Shown: positions 29,182 to 39,796, counted from the first letter of the stretch. The stretch is DNA of 64,000 nt from Clostridia bacterium (GCA_045593265.1 JAZNWH010000054.1:28832-92831); one strand, 5' to 3'. The notes: generated by a model not told the origin, from the sequence alone. Made by a program: numbers and translations.

Positions 29182-29562
29182 TTAATCCTCCCTGAAAACA
29201 TTTATTGCTTTACTTACCTTTACTGCAGTTATAAGCTTATTTGCATTTACTGCCCTGCCGGCACTTAAGTACGGTGAAAGAGCATTGATTAAATTAATAC
29301 TTGGATCCCGGGCATTGTTAAATGCATCGTAAGCTTTTTTCATTTTAGTCATAGCCTGCAGACTTTGTTCATTGTTTGATAAAAGATTTGCCAGAAAGCT
29401 TATGTCAGGCACTTGCACATCTGTTTTTTGAGGTATAGCTTCTGGAGATTCTTCCTTTGACGCTTCTTTGTTAATTCCAAGCATATCAGATACGCCCTTT
29501 AAAGCATCTGAGTTTCCCAAAAGACCTGAAAGCATCTGGAGTGTATCCTGATTCATTTTCAA
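29182..29562 (-). CDS. Hypothetical protein
   Basis: 126 aa. Overlaps the upstream gene by 4 nt and lies 2 nt from the downstream gene. Confidence 0.45.
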   Translation of the reverse strand: MKMNQDTLQMLSGLLGNSDALKGVSDMLGINKEASKEESPEAIPQKTDVQVPDISFLANLLSNNEQSLQAMTKMKKAYDAFNNARDPSINLINALSPYLSAGRAVNANKLITAVKVSKAINVFRED

Positions 29563-29804
29563 CCCTCCTTGGGCAGCTTGCTTAAGTCAAGCCCTTTTAG
29601 TATCTCCTGCGGACTTTTTCCCAAAGCAGCCTTTAGTTTGTTCTCATCTAAGCTTGCGCCTTTGGCATTTTCGAGCAGCTTTTTTATATCATCCTTGCTC
29701 ATGTTTTCAAGCTGTGCTTTTAATTGCATTCCTTCACGGGTATTCATAAAATTTTTGATTTTACCAACGGTTTCATCATCAATCTCTCTTCCGAGAAAAT
29801 TCAC
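29559..29804 (-). CDS. Hypothetical small helical protein
   Basis: 81 aa, Lys/Glu-rich. GTG start with the RBS gaggtgg. Confidence 0.4.
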   Translation of the reverse strand: MNFLGREIDDETVGKIKNFMNTREGMQLKAQLENMSKDDIKKLLENAKGASLDENKLKAALGKSPQEILKGLDLSKLPKEG

Positions 29805-30160
29805 GCCGTTTCCACCTCACTTAGCTTTTTTCTGTCGGTGCTTTCGGCACCATACTTATAAATATGGTGCCGAAATTAATATTATGTCAATAAACGAATA
29901 AAATAAGGAAAACAATAATGAAAAACAAAATATTGGTGTTACAGCTGTTGTTATTATCACAGCTTTTTTCGCAACCGCATTTGAGCATATTTTCTACCTC
30001 CTTGATGTAGTGGGACCTTTAAGCAGTTGCGTTAGTACCAAAACGGGGTCGGATACTAACGCAACTGCTTAATAGTCCTGCTTTATACTATGCCATTTTT
30101 ATGTAATTGTTACAGTTGACTATAGTTGTAAATTATGATAAACTAATAAAGGTGATTTTT

Positions 30161-30637
30161 TTGACAAGAATTGTAGTTTTTTCGGATACTCACAGGCAGA
30201 CGAAAGATGCATTTAAGGTTCTCGAAAATTTAATTGATGTGGATATGGTTATTCATTTAGGCGATTGCGTAGCAGATGCAGTTGAGTTGAGGCGTGCCTT
30301 TAAGGATATTCCTGTTTATTTCGTTTCAGGCAATAATGACATTTTTTCTGATTATCCCGAAAGTGAAATAGTTTCAGCAGAAAAAGTACGTATTTTCTGC
30401 ACACACGGTCATAATTACAACACAGACAGACTTGTTTCACTGGCAAAGGATAAGGGATGCTTGGTAGTTCTTCGCGGGCACACCCATGTGAGTGAAGATA
30501 TAACTGTTGACGGTATAAGGATAATCAATCCGGGGAGTATATCACGTCCCCGAGACGGACAAAAAAGCTACGCTGTCATTGAAATTGAAGAAAAACAAGT
30601 GTCGGCTTGTATTATAAATATACAAAGTTTTTATTGA
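30161..30637 (+). CDS. YfcE/MJ0936-family metallophosphoesterase
   Basis: RIVVFSDTHRQ...VIHLGD...GNND...THGH...RGHTH are the metallophosphoesterase motifs. I prefer the TTG start at 30161 because it has the RBS aaggtga. Confidence 0.75.
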   Translation: MTRIVVFSDTHRQTKDAFKVLENLIDVDMVIHLGDCVADAVELRRAFKDIPVYFVSGNNDIFSDYPESEIVSAEKVRIFCTHGHNYNTDRLVSLAKDKGCLVVLRGHTHVSEDITVDGIRIINPGSISRPRDGQKSYAVIEIEEKQVSACIINIQSFY

Positions 30638-30652
30638 TAAGGAGTGGTTTCC

Positions 30653-31009
30653 ATGAATTGTCCTGTATGTAATTCAGAATTAAAAGAAAATGAAAATCTC
30701 TGCCCGTTCTGTGGAGAGATTATTGCAAAAAGAGAAAGAGGAAGCATAAATTTTCCTGTTAATCCAAAAGCAAAAACTCTGTCTGTAGGGTCGTTTATGC
30801 TTATGATACTGGCGGGTATGATTTCGCCTCTTAATGTTATTTTGTATCTTATCTGGGCATTTTCGCCGAATACGAATATAAACAGGAAAAACTTTGCCCG
30901 TGCAATGCTTCTTTTGTGGCTTATTGCAATAGTTTTGGCAGTAGGTTCTTTTTTTGTTTTAAATAATTTTCTGAAATTCCATTTTGATTTTACCAATATA
31001 ATTCTTTGA
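30653..31009 (+). CDS. Zinc-ribbon membrane protein
   Basis: MNCPVCNSELKENENLCPFCGE plus two transmembrane segments. RBS is aaggag. Confidence 0.5.
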   Translation: MNCPVCNSELKENENLCPFCGEIIAKRERGSINFPVNPKAKTLSVGSFMLMILAGMISPLNVILYLIWAFSPNTNINRKNFARAMLLLWLIAIVLAVGSFFVLNNFLKFHFDFTNIIL

Positions 31010-31024
31010 TAAGGAGAACATTTT

Positions 31025-33007
31025 ATGAAATTCAGACAAGTACATCTTGACTTTCACACAAGCCCGTTAATTGACGGCATAGGTGAAAAATTTGATAAAA
31101 AGCAGTTTCAGGAAGCACTAAAAATCGGCCACGTAAATTCAATTACCGTTTTTTCAAAGTGTCATCACGGTTATGCGTTTCATCCCTCTCAGGCAAACGA
31201 AATGCATCCGAATTTAAAATTTGACCTTTTAAAGGAGCAGATTGATGCCTGCCACGAAATAGGAGTCCGTGTTCCTGTTTACCTTTCAGCAGGTCTTGAT
31301 GAAAAAATTGCAAGAATTCATCCTGACTGGCTTGTAAGAAATAAAGATGAGTCAACAATGTGGGCAAAGGACTTTTCCGAGGCAGGATATCATAAATTCT
31401 GTATGAATACACCTTATCTTGACGTGCTTCTTTCTCAGATAGAAGAGGTTTGTAAAAACTACGATGCTGATGAAATTTTTCTTGATATAGTTAATGTTCA
31501 GCCCTGTTACTGTCAGTACTGTATAAAAACTCTTACAGACGAGGGCAAAGACCCTTACGATGAAAAGAATATATTGGAGCTTGCAGAAAAAACCTACGCA
31601 AACTATGCAAGAAAAGTCCGTGAATCTATAGATAAGTATAAACCGGGGCTCCCTGTTTACCACAACGGCGGTCATACAAGACGTGGCAGACGTGATATTG
31701 CGTTAATGAACTCTCATTTCGAGCTTGAAAGTCTTCCTACAGGTGGTTGGGGCTACGACCATTTCCCTTTGTCTGTATCTTACGCAAGAACACTTGACAG
31801 AGAAGTGGTGGGAATGACAGGTAAGTTCCACACCTCATGGGGTGAGTTTGGTGGTTTTAAACATCCTAACGCGCTTCGCTACGAGGTTGCCCTTGCGTTG
31901 GCAAACGGTGCTGCGTCATCAGTAGGCGACCAATTACACCCGTCTGCAGAAATGAATATGGCTACATATGAACTTATCGGTAAAGCGTTCAAAGAAACTG
32001 AGGAAAAAGAGCCATGGGTAGACGGATACAAAAACAAAGCAGATATTGCTCTCCTTTCTCAGGAAGCTGTTGAAAACTACTTTACAGAAAATGACTTCAG
32101 TACAGGGGTATCAGGCAAAACGGGAAATACCGATGCAGGTGCAGTAAGACTTCTTTTAGAGGGAAAATATCTTTTTGATGTAATTGACCTTGAAGCAGAT
32201 TTTTCAAAATACAAGGTTATCATTCTTCCTGATACTGCAAGAGTTGATTCACACATAAAAGATTTAATTGACAAATTTATTGATAATGGTGGAAGAATTC
32301 TTGCAACAGGCACATCGGGTCTATACAGAGATGAAGACTCCTTTGCTTTTGATTTCGGAGCAGAATATGTAGGTGTAAATGAATTTAACCCCGATTATTT
32401 TGTACCTGAATTTCAGATGAAAGCATATCCTACCAAAACACCTTTTGTTATGTACTCTCAGGGTCATAATATTGCTCTTGACGGTGGGGAGGTTCTCGCA
32501 ACAAGAGAAAACCCGTACTTTAACAGAACAGCTATGCATTTTTCATCTCATAAACACACTCCTAACAATATGGTTTCTGCAGGACCTGCAATAGTTGCAG
32601 GAGATGACGGAATTTATATTTCCTGGAGTGTATTTGAAGAATATGCAACTATGGGAAGTTATGTTTTAAAAGAAATGGTTTTCCATTCTCTTGATTTACT
32701 TTTGGGAGAAGATAAGTCTGTGGTTACCAATCTCCCTGCACAGGGTGTGGTTACACTTACCCAAAAGGATGATAAAGAAATAGTTCATCTGTTATATGCG
32801 TCTCCTGTTAAACGAGGAAACGGTATTGAAATTATTGAAGATTTAATTCCTGTTATAAATACTGCAGTTTCTCTGAAAACAGATAAAGATGTTAAAAAAG
32901 TTACTCTTGTTCCTCAGGGAAAAGAAATTCAATTTGTAAAGGAAAATGGTGCAGTTAACTTTAATGTGAAAGAATTTACCTGCCACCAGATGATTTGTGT
33001 TGAATAA
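31025..33007 (+). CDS. Putative glycoside hydrolase (GHL6-like TIM barrel with a beta-galactosidase-trimerisation-like domain)
   Basis: 660 aa. The N-terminus MKFRQVHLDFHTSPLIDGIGEKFD...SITVFSKCHHGYAFHPS resembles the family usually annotated this way. Confidence 0.45.
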   Translation: MKFRQVHLDFHTSPLIDGIGEKFDKKQFQEALKIGHVNSITVFSKCHHGYAFHPSQANEMHPNLKFDLLKEQIDACHEIGVRVPVYLSAGLDEKIARIHPDWLVRNKDESTMWAKDFSEAGYHKFCMNTPYLDVLLSQIEEVCKNYDADEIFLDIVNVQPCYCQYCIKTLTDEGKDPYDEKNILELAEKTYANYARKVRESIDKYKPGLPVYHNGGHTRRGRRDIALMNSHFELESLPTGGWGYDHFPLSVSYARTLDREVVGMTGKFHTSWGEFGGFKHPNALRYEVALALANGAASSVGDQLHPSAEMNMATYELIGKAFKETEEKEPWVDGYKNKADIALLSQEAVENYFTENDFSTGVSGKTGNTDAGAVRLLLEGKYLFDVIDLEADFSKYKVIILPDTARVDSHIKDLIDKFIDNGGRILATGTSGLYRDEDSFAFDFGAEYVGVNEFNPDYFVPEFQMKAYPTKTPFVMYSQGHNIALDGGEVLATRENPYFNRTAMHFSSHKHTPNNMVSAGPAIVAGDDGIYISWSVFEEYATMGSYVLKEMVFHSLDLLLGEDKSVVTNLPAQGVVTLTQKDDKEIVHLLYASPVKRGNGIEIIEDLIPVINTAVSLKTDKDVKKVTLVPQGKEIQFVKENGAVNFNVKEFTCHQMICVE

Positions 33008-33008
33008 T

Positions 33009-34322
33009 ATGATAGAAAAAAACAAACATTATACCGCCATAGTTTCGGAAAACGGATTTGGCGGTGAAGGAATAGTAAAAACTAAAGACGGGTTTACCGT
33101 CTTTATTCCTTTTGCACTAAAAGGAGAAGAAATTGAATATCGTGTAGTTAAGGTTCTCTCCTCACACGCTTATGGCAAACTTATAAAAGTTATCAAGCCT
33201 GCAGACTCGCGAAGAGAGCCTGTTTGCCCTGTTTTTTGGCGATGCGGAGGATGTAATTTTCTCCATATGGATTACTCCCGTCAAAAGGAAATTAAGTTTC
33301 AGCAGGTAAAAAGCTGTATGAAAAAATATGCAGGGCTTGAGCCTGAAATACTTCCTGTTATGGGTATGGACAATCCCTTTAACTACCGTAACAAAGCAAT
33401 GTATCAGGTGGAAAAAGGTGAAATAGGCTTTTATGCCCCACGCAGTCATAATCTTATTTCTTTTGATAAATGCTATATGCAAAATCCACTTGATGAAGAA
33501 ATAATCAAAATAACAAAAGAATATTGCGTAAGATACAACGCACCCATACGCACCCTTTTTACAAGATATGGAGAAAACTGTTGTATGGTTACCGTTGTTT
33601 CGTATAAAGAAAAGCTCCCTGCTGTTGATTTTCTTATAAGTCGGCTTAAAAAACTTAGTCCTCTTATCACAAGTGTTATTCAGAATATCAACACAGATAA
33701 TACCAATACGTTGCTGGGAAAAACAAATAAAACATTGTATGGAAGTGATACGATTACTGCAAAAATAGGTGATGTAAAGCTTAAAATTTCTCCTCATTCC
33801 TTTTTGCAGATAAACCCCACACAGACAGAAAAGCTATATTCAAAAGCAAAAGAGCTTGCAGATTTCAAAGGCAGCGAAACTATCTTTGACCTTTACTGTG
33901 GAGCAGGCTCAATAGGTCTGTTTATGGCCGGCTCGGTTAAAAAAGTTATAGGCGTCGAATCAGTTCCTCAGGCAATTGTTGACGCCAACTTCAATAAGAA
34001 TATGAACAAAACAGAAAATATAGAATTTATCGAAGGCGCTTCTGAAACAGTAATGCCTCAATTAATAAATTCGGGCATCGTTCCCGACGCAGTAATACTT
34101 GACCCACCAAGAAAAGGCTGTGATGAAAGCTTAATCCGCCTTTTAGATGAATGTAAAATTAAAAAGATAATCTATATTTCCTGCAATCCCGCAACCCTCG
34201 CCCGGGACATCGCACTTTTGAAGGAAAATTACTCCATCTCTCCCGTTCAGCCTGTAGATATGTTTCCAAACACAAGCCACGTAGAGTGCGTCTGTGCTTT
34301 GCACAGAAAAGCTTTGCTATGA
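33009..34322 (+). CDS. rlmD: 23S rRNA (uracil-C5)-methyltransferase, RumA/RlmD family
   Basis: Has a TRAM domain, a Cys cluster (CPVFWRCGGCNFLHMDY) and a SAM fold (DLYCGAGSIGL, DPPRKG, ISCNPATLARD). Confidence 0.8.
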   Translation: MIEKNKHYTAIVSENGFGGEGIVKTKDGFTVFIPFALKGEEIEYRVVKVLSSHAYGKLIKVIKPADSRREPVCPVFWRCGGCNFLHMDYSRQKEIKFQQVKSCMKKYAGLEPEILPVMGMDNPFNYRNKAMYQVEKGEIGFYAPRSHNLISFDKCYMQNPLDEEIIKITKEYCVRYNAPIRTLFTRYGENCCMVTVVSYKEKLPAVDFLISRLKKLSPLITSVIQNINTDNTNTLLGKTNKTLYGSDTITAKIGDVKLKISPHSFLQINPTQTEKLYSKAKELADFKGSETIFDLYCGAGSIGLFMAGSVKKVIGVESVPQAIVDANFNKNMNKTENIEFIEGASETVMPQLINSGIVPDAVILDPPRKGCDESLIRLLDECKIKKIIYISCNPATLARDIALLKENYSISPVQPVDMFPNTSHVECVCALHRKALL

Positions 34323-34351
34323 CAGATAATTGCAAGTAAAGGAGTAAAAAT

Positions 34352-34918
34352 ATGGTAAAGAAAAGCTTTGCACAATTACTTATGTATTTTGTCATAGGAA
34401 TAAGTTTGATAATTTCCGTTGTATGTTTTTGTTTTTACTACGGAAAAATATATAAAAGCAGTGCAGTTTTGTGGACAGGTGTTACATTTTTTACTGTTAT
34501 GTATCATCTTTGGGCAAGAATTATTTTTGGCAATATAACAAAGCTTTTTAAAATTAATTACAATAACTTCTGGTTCAGGGAGCGTTCCTTTGAAAAGGTA
34601 ATTTACAATGCTATCAATGTAAAAGGCTGGAAAGATAAGGTTCTTACATATAATCCACACTTATTTTCTCTCAAGAATTACACATTGGAGGAAATTGCAC
34701 TTACTATGACAAAGGCAGAAATTGACCATTGGATTAATGAAATAATTTCCCTTACAACTCTTTTATTTTCTCTGATATGGGGAAACCTTGAAATATTTTT
34801 AATTACAGCAATAGCGGCTATGATTTTTGACGGACAATTTATTGTAATTCAGAGATTTAACAGACCGAGAGTACTAAGACTTTTAGAAATGAAAAAATCG
34901 AAAATGGTAACAAAATGA
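34352..34918 (+). CDS. Membrane protein, glycosyl-4,4'-diaponeurosporenoate-acyltransferase-like family
   Basis: 188 aa. KGWKDKV...AEIDHWINEI...VIQRFNRPR. It is a paralogue of 38287..38787. Confidence 0.4.
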   Translation: MVKKSFAQLLMYFVIGISLIISVVCFCFYYGKIYKSSAVLWTGVTFFTVMYHLWARIIFGNITKLFKINYNNFWFRERSFEKVIYNAINVKGWKDKVLTYNPHLFSLKNYTLEEIALTMTKAEIDHWINEIISLTTLLFSLIWGNLEIFLITAIAAMIFDGQFIVIQRFNRPRVLRLLEMKKSKMVTK

Positions 34919-35598
34919 CAAGTTTTATTTCAAACAACAAAATATTTACGGGCAATACACTAAAAATTATTGCCCTTATTTGTATGACCTTCGACCATGT
35001 GGGGAAGGAATTTTTTCCCGATTTGTTATGGATGCAGATAATCGGAAGAATTGCATTTCCCATATTTAGTTTTATGATTGCCCAAGGGTGTCGGTATACC
35101 AAAAGCAGAAAAAGATATCTGCTTACTCTGGGCATTATGGCGCTTGTTTTACAGATAATATATTATATTTTTGAAAAAAGTCTTTATATGTGTATATTTG
35201 TTACATTTACTTTATCTGTAAGCCTAATTTATGTTTTTGATAGTTTCATAAAAGACAAAAATCTGAAAAATTTTGTTGTGGTTTTGGGTGTGCTGAGTGT
35301 TATATTTTATTTAACAAAAATTCTTCCTATGACTACATCGTTTTGGATAGACTACGGTTTCTTCGGAGTTATACTCCCTGCAGTAATTTACTTTTGTAAC
35401 AAAAAGAGTGTTAAACTTGTATTATTTGCTTTAATGCTTTTGCTTGTCTCTCTTGATTTGGGTGGAAAACAAATCTATTCCCTTTTGTCTCTGCCTTTAA
35501 TTATGGTTTACAACGGGAAAAGAGGAAATTTAAATCTGAAATATTTATTTTATGTGTACTATCCGCTTCATCTTGCGGTTATATATTTAATGAGGTGA
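34915..35598 (+). CDS. TraX-family membrane protein
   Basis: 227 aa. TLKIIALICMTFDHVGKEFF is the TraX N-terminal signature. The protein is polytopic. Confidence 0.65.
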   Translation: MTSFISNNKIFTGNTLKIIALICMTFDHVGKEFFPDLLWMQIIGRIAFPIFSFMIAQGCRYTKSRKRYLLTLGIMALVLQIIYYIFEKSLYMCIFVTFTLSVSLIYVFDSFIKDKNLKNFVVVLGVLSVIFYLTKILPMTTSFWIDYGFFGVILPAVIYFCNKKSVKLVLFALMLLLVSLDLGGKQIYSLLSLPLIMVYNGKRGNLNLKYLFYVYYPLHLAVIYLMR

Positions 35599-35605
35599 GA
35601 AAAAT

Positions 35606-36139
35606 ATGAAGTCAATAGTTGTTTATAAATCAAAATACGGGTCAACAAAAAGCTATGCTCAGTGGATTGCAGATGCTCTTAACTGCGAAATGGTTGAAGC
35701 TAAAAACATTACCATAAACGAATTGGAGAAATATGATAATATAATTTATGGGGGAGGTTTATATGGTGAAGTTATAAACGGACTTCACATTATAACAAAA
35801 AACATCGACAAGTTAAGAAATAAAAAAATTGCAGTTTTTTCAACAGGAATAACACCCCTTGACTGTCGTGATTATTACGACAGCTACGTTCTGGAGAAAA
35901 ACTTTAAAAGTGCAGTCCCTGAAAACATAAGGGTATTTAATTTTCTGGGCAAGATGAAACTTAGTGAACTCTCAATGGTGCACAGAACAGCATTAAAAAC
36001 CTTAAAGAAAATTATGTCAGCCAAGGAAAACCCGACGGATATGGAAAAGCTTTTAATAGAGCTTTGCGATGCAGACGGAGACTTTTCTGATAAGAATGCA
36101 ATTTTTGAGTTGGTAAATTACATAAGCACACGGAGTTAG
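35606..36139 (+). CDS. Flavodoxin-domain protein
   Basis: MKSIVVYKSKYGSTKSYAQWIA...IIYGGGLY. Confidence 0.6.
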   Translation: MKSIVVYKSKYGSTKSYAQWIADALNCEMVEAKNITINELEKYDNIIYGGGLYGEVINGLHIITKNIDKLRNKKIAVFSTGITPLDCRDYYDSYVLEKNFKSAVPENIRVFNFLGKMKLSELSMVHRTALKTLKKIMSAKENPTDMEKLLIELCDADGDFSDKNAIFELVNYISTRS

Positions 36140-36169
36140 GCTCCCGTATGCTTAGGAGGAAAATAATTT

Positions 36170-36805
36170 ATGATTAAGAACATACTTTTTGATTTTGGAA
36201 GAACACTTGTGGAACATCCCGAAGACGGGGCAGGACGACAAATAATAAAGGAAAGCGGAATAACCGACAAAAACGATATAAGATTAGTTCAAAAGGTTAT
36301 ATTCAATGTAGATAAATATTTAAACCGTCTTGATGAGGATTCTCTTGACAGGGAAGAATATAAGAAAAAGATAAAACAAGAACTGCCTGAAAAATTTCAA
36401 GATGCAGTTTCCTCGATTTCCGACTATCATATAAACAGACTGCCATTGCTTAAAGATACTGTTTATATGCTTGAAAAGCTCAAAAATGATGGGTTTAGGT
36501 TATTTATTACATCTAATCTCGACTTGCTTCATTCAAGCCAGATGCCAAACCACCAAATAGCAAAATATTTTGATGATATGGTTTTTTCTTCACAGATAAA
36601 AGCACGAAAGCCTTTCAAGAAGTTTTTTGAAATTGCTCTTGAAAAATTCGGTGTCAGCAGAGAAGAGTGTTTATTTGTTGATGACCTTGAGGAAAATGTA
36701 GAAGGGGCTAAAAAGTGTGGCATTAAAGGTTTTGTATTCAAAGGCAATGTGCAAGATGTGTTGGATTATATTAAGCTGTACAATAAAAAAGTTGCTGAAG
36801 ACTAA
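36170..36805 (+). CDS. HAD-superfamily hydrolase
   Basis: ILFDFGRTL (DxG-type motif I variant)...FITSN...KPFKKFF...VDDLEENVEGAKKCG. Confidence 0.65.
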   Translation: MIKNILFDFGRTLVEHPEDGAGRQIIKESGITDKNDIRLVQKVIFNVDKYLNRLDEDSLDREEYKKKIKQELPEKFQDAVSSISDYHINRLPLLKDTVYMLEKLKNDGFRLFITSNLDLLHSSQMPNHQIAKYFDDMVFSSQIKARKPFKKFFEIALEKFGVSREECLFVDDLEENVEGAKKCGIKGFVFKGNVQDVLDYIKLYNKKVAED

Positions 36806-36833
36806 CTTTCAGCAACTTTCTCTTTTATTTGAA

Positions 36834-37709
36834 TTATGCAATTCTTCTTCCACACACAAATCTTGATGAATAATAAGGTGATGTGGAAATTGTTGTAACA
36901 ATTACGCCTGTGCTTGCGTTATTTGCGTGAACAAACTGGTCATTTCCAATATAAATACCTGCATGGCCGATTGATGAATATCCTCTGTCGTAGAAGAGGA
37001 CTACATCTCCGGGCTGAAGATTTGCTCTTGAAACCTGTGTACCATTTGAATTCTGACCTGCTGCTGTTCTGTTAAGGCTGTAGCCAAACTGTTTGTACAC
37101 ATAACTTGTGAAACCTGAACAGTCAAAAGCTGATGGACCTGATGCACCGTAAACATAAGGCTTTCCTACATGCTTCATAGCTTCGCCTACAATCTTTTGT
37201 GCCTGTGTAACATTTGCATTCGCAACAGCAGTCTGAGCCATAGCGTCTACAATATACTGAGCTGAAATCCAACCATGCTGACCGTTATATTCAACATTAA
37301 CCCATTCTGAATCTTTTCCTAATACAGGAAGGGTCTGACCTTTGTAAACAAGTCCGATAATTTCGCCATCCATACCGGGTGTTTTTCTTACGTTAACTGC
37401 ACTGCCTGTAACAACTCCTTCGTGGGCATTTACAGAAACATAATCGTTTATTATGTATCCTTCTTTTCCGTCAGGAAGTGCTACCTTTGACCATGTGTTT
37501 CCTTTTGAGATTACATTAAGCTCTGTACCTTTAACAACAGTTGTAATAACACTGTGAGCAACACTCTCGCCGCTTCTTACGTTTACCACACTGCCTGTAA
37601 CAGTACCGATGCCTTCATAAGCAAGGGCATTAACCGAGCATGATAAAACAGTAATTGTAACCAATGCGGTATATATTAACTTTTTAGTTATCTTTTTTAT
37701 AAAACTCAT
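36834..37709 (-). CDS. NlpC/P60 (C40) cell-wall peptidase with two SH3b domains
   Basis: Has a signal peptide and two SH3 repeats (VTGSxVNVRxxxG). The catalytic part is FDCSGFTSYVY...GHAGIYIG. Confidence 0.85.
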   Translation of the reverse strand: MSFIKKITKKLIYTALVTITVLSCSVNALAYEGIGTVTGSVVNVRSGESVAHSVITTVVKGTELNVISKGNTWSKVALPDGKEGYIINDYVSVNAHEGVVTGSAVNVRKTPGMDGEIIGLVYKGQTLPVLGKDSEWVNVEYNGQHGWISAQYIVDAMAQTAVANANVTQAQKIVGEAMKHVGKPYVYGASGPSAFDCSGFTSYVYKQFGYSLNRTAAGQNSNGTQVSRANLQPGDVVLFYDRGYSSIGHAGIYIGNDQFVHANNASTGVIVTTISTSPYYSSRFVCGRRIA

Positions 37710-37877
37710 ATAAAAATATAGCCTTTCTTAATTCTACATGAGTTAGTATACTACAAAATTTAATAATTGTCAATATAAATTTAACATTTTTTGTAACATT
37801 TTCTTAACAATTTATAAAAAACAGCCATTTTAAAGGCTTTTTTGACCATTAAAATGACTGCCGTTTCCGTAATATTT

Positions 37878-38183
37878 TTAATTTTCTTCGTAGGAAAGCG
37901 CATCCTCAAGCCATGCATTTGCTAAATCAAGAGCGTCAAAAAGACCGTCTCTTTCACTTTTCTTAACAGGTCTTTCTTTTTCTGCAAGGTGAGTTTTGTT
38001 ATTCATAAGAGAAACTTTTGCTTTTGATGTCATTTCAAGTCCATCAACATTTTCGGATTCCTTAATGTCAATTTCTACTATATAATTATCATCTATAAAC
38101 CCGTAATATATTTTATTTCCTCTTCTTACTACAGGTCTTCCTTTATACATAAGCTCGTCAAGCTTGTTTTTTGGTGCAGCCAT
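37878..38183 (-). CDS. Hypothetical protein
   Basis: 101 aa with a good RBS context. No motif recognised. Confidence 0.4.
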   Translation of the reverse strand: MAAPKNKLDELMYKGRPVVRRGNKIYYGFIDDNYIVEIDIKESENVDGLEMTSKAKVSLMNNKTHLAEKERPVKKSERDGLFDALDLANAWLEDALSYEEN

Positions 38184-38286
38184 TATACTTACCTCTTTCT
38201 GTATTATTAAAATAATTTGACTTTTTCTTTTTAATATTGTAACATATATTTATTCTTGTGTAAAGTAAAATTTTGGAGGAAAATAT

Positions 38287-38787
38287 ATGTTTTTATTTAC
38301 ACTTATTAAAAATATAATAACTATGTGCGGTGTAGGAGCAATTGTAGGTTTTGCGTTCGCCCTCATCCCTCAGAAGTTTTTCAATATTAAATTGTGGAAA
38401 AAATCTTTCCCGTTTGAGGAAAACGGAATTTTTTATGAAAAATATCTTAAAATACATTTATGGAAAGATTTAATTCCTCAATTCAGTAAAATGTTTCATT
38501 TTGGATACAGAAAGGATAAAATTCCTGTAAGAGATATTGTTCATTATGAAATGTTTATGATTGAAACAATCCGTGCTGAAATTACTCATATGCTTCTGAT
38601 AGTGTTCTCTCCTTTGTATTATAGTTATTTTTCAAAGGGTTGGGCACTTTTTGCAGTTGCCGCCTCAATCATTGCAAACCTGCCTTGTATAGCAATTCAG
38701 AGATATAACCGCATAAGAATTTCAAAAATAATTGCCCGTCTTGAAAATAAATTTCAAATTTCAAGTGAGAAAAACGAAGAAAATTAA
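38287..38787 (+). CDS. Membrane protein, paralogue of 34352..34918
   Basis: 166 aa. HLWKDLIP...AEITHMLL...AIQRYNRIR. Confidence 0.4.
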   Translation: MFLFTLIKNIITMCGVGAIVGFAFALIPQKFFNIKLWKKSFPFEENGIFYEKYLKIHLWKDLIPQFSKMFHFGYRKDKIPVRDIVHYEMFMIETIRAEITHMLLIVFSPLYYSYFSKGWALFAVAASIIANLPCIAIQRYNRIRISKIIARLENKFQISSEKNEEN

Positions 38788-38847
38788 AGATAATAAAAGA
38801 AAACGAGAGATTAGAAAAACAACCGATAAAATTTTGCGAAAAACCTC

Positions 38848-38876
38848 TTGACAACTTTTTACTTTTGTAATAGAAT
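38848..38876 (+). promoter_or_regulatory. Promoter of rplM-rpsI (TTGACA-17-TAGAAT)
   Basis: ttgaca actttttacttttgtaa tagaat, about 45 nt upstream of rplM. Confidence 0.6.
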
Positions 38877-38923
38877 ATACAATGTTCGAAACTTAAAAGT
38901 ATTATTTAAGGAGGTTTTTTAAT

Positions 38924-39352
38924 ATGCGTACTTACATGGCTAAAGCTACTGACATCAAAAGAAATTGGTATATTATAGACGCAGAAGGTAAGCCTTTAGG
39001 TAGAGTTGCTGCTCAGGCTGCTGCTATTCTTAAAGGAAAACATCTTCCTACTTACACACCTCACGTTGACTGCGGTGATCACGTTATCGTAATTAATGCT
39101 GAAAAGGCTGTTGTAACAGGTAAGAAAATGACAGATAAGATGTATTATCATCACACAGGCTGGATTGGTAATCTTAAGGAATCAAACTATAGTGCAATGC
39201 TTGCAAAGTTCCCAACAAGACCTATGACACTTGCAATCAAAGGTATGCTTCCTAAGAACAGCCTCGGTGCAAAAGCACTTACAAGATTAAGAGTATACGC
39301 AGGCAGCGAGCATGAACATCAGGCTCAGAACCCTGTAGTATGGGAAAGATAA
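38924..39352 (+). CDS. rplM: 50S ribosomal protein L13
   Basis: [61 protein letters not shown]. Confidence 0.97.
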   Translation: MRTYMAKATDIKRNWYIIDAEGKPLGRVAAQAAAILKGKHLPTYTPHVDCGDHVIVINAEKAVVTGKKMTDKMYYHHTGWIGNLKESNYSAMLAKFPTRPMTLAIKGMLPKNSLGAKALTRLRVYAGSEHEHQAQNPVVWER

Positions 39353-39366
39353 GGAGGTAATGGAAA

Positions 39367-39762
39367 ATGGCAAATAAAGAAGCGCTTTACGGAACAGGAA
39401 GAAGAAAATCTTCAGTTGCCAGAGTAAGACTGTTACCCGGCAAAGGCAATATCGTTATTAACAATCGTTCAATCGACGAATATTTCGGTCTTGAAACACT
39501 TAAGGTTACTGTAAAACAGCCATTGGTTGCAACAGATACATTAGGTAAGTTCGATGTAATCGTAAACGTACAGGGCGGTGGTTTCACAGGTCAGGCTGGT
39601 GCTATCCGTCATGGTATTTCAAGAGCACTTTTAGAAGCAGACGAAACATTCAGAGCAATCCTCAAAAAAGAAGGTTTCTTAACAAGAGACCCAAGAATGA
39701 AGGAAAGAAAGAAATACGGCTTAAAGGCTGCTCGTCGTGCTCCACAGTTCTCAAAGAGATAA
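39367..39762 (+). CDS. rpsI: 30S ribosomal protein S9
   Basis: ...[20 protein letters not shown]...[19 protein letters not shown]...[22 protein letters not shown]. Confidence 0.97.
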   Translation: MANKEALYGTGRRKSSVARVRLLPGKGNIVINNRSIDEYFGLETLKVTVKQPLVATDTLGKFDVIVNVQGGGFTGQAGAIRHGISRALLEADETFRAILKKEGFLTRDPRMKERKKYGLKAARRAPQFSKR

Positions 39763-39769
39763 AAATACT

Positions 39770-39796
39770 ACACCCACATTTTGTGGGTGTATTTTT
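39770..39796 (+). terminator. rpsI terminator
   Basis: acacccacattttgtgggtgt plus attttt. Confidence 0.8.

Noticed and set aside
33162-33797. A 211-aa ORF antisense to rlmD. There are many other 60-110-aa antisense or overlapping ORFs in the track, for example 7357..7665, 7463..7777, 15844..16107, 30631..30996 and 49723..50028.
   Set aside because: They lie wholly inside strongly supported genes on the opposite strand or in another frame. They have a skewed, low-complexity composition (rich in F/I/K/L/S), no RBS and no recognisable motif. This is typical of shadow ORFs in AT-rich DNA.
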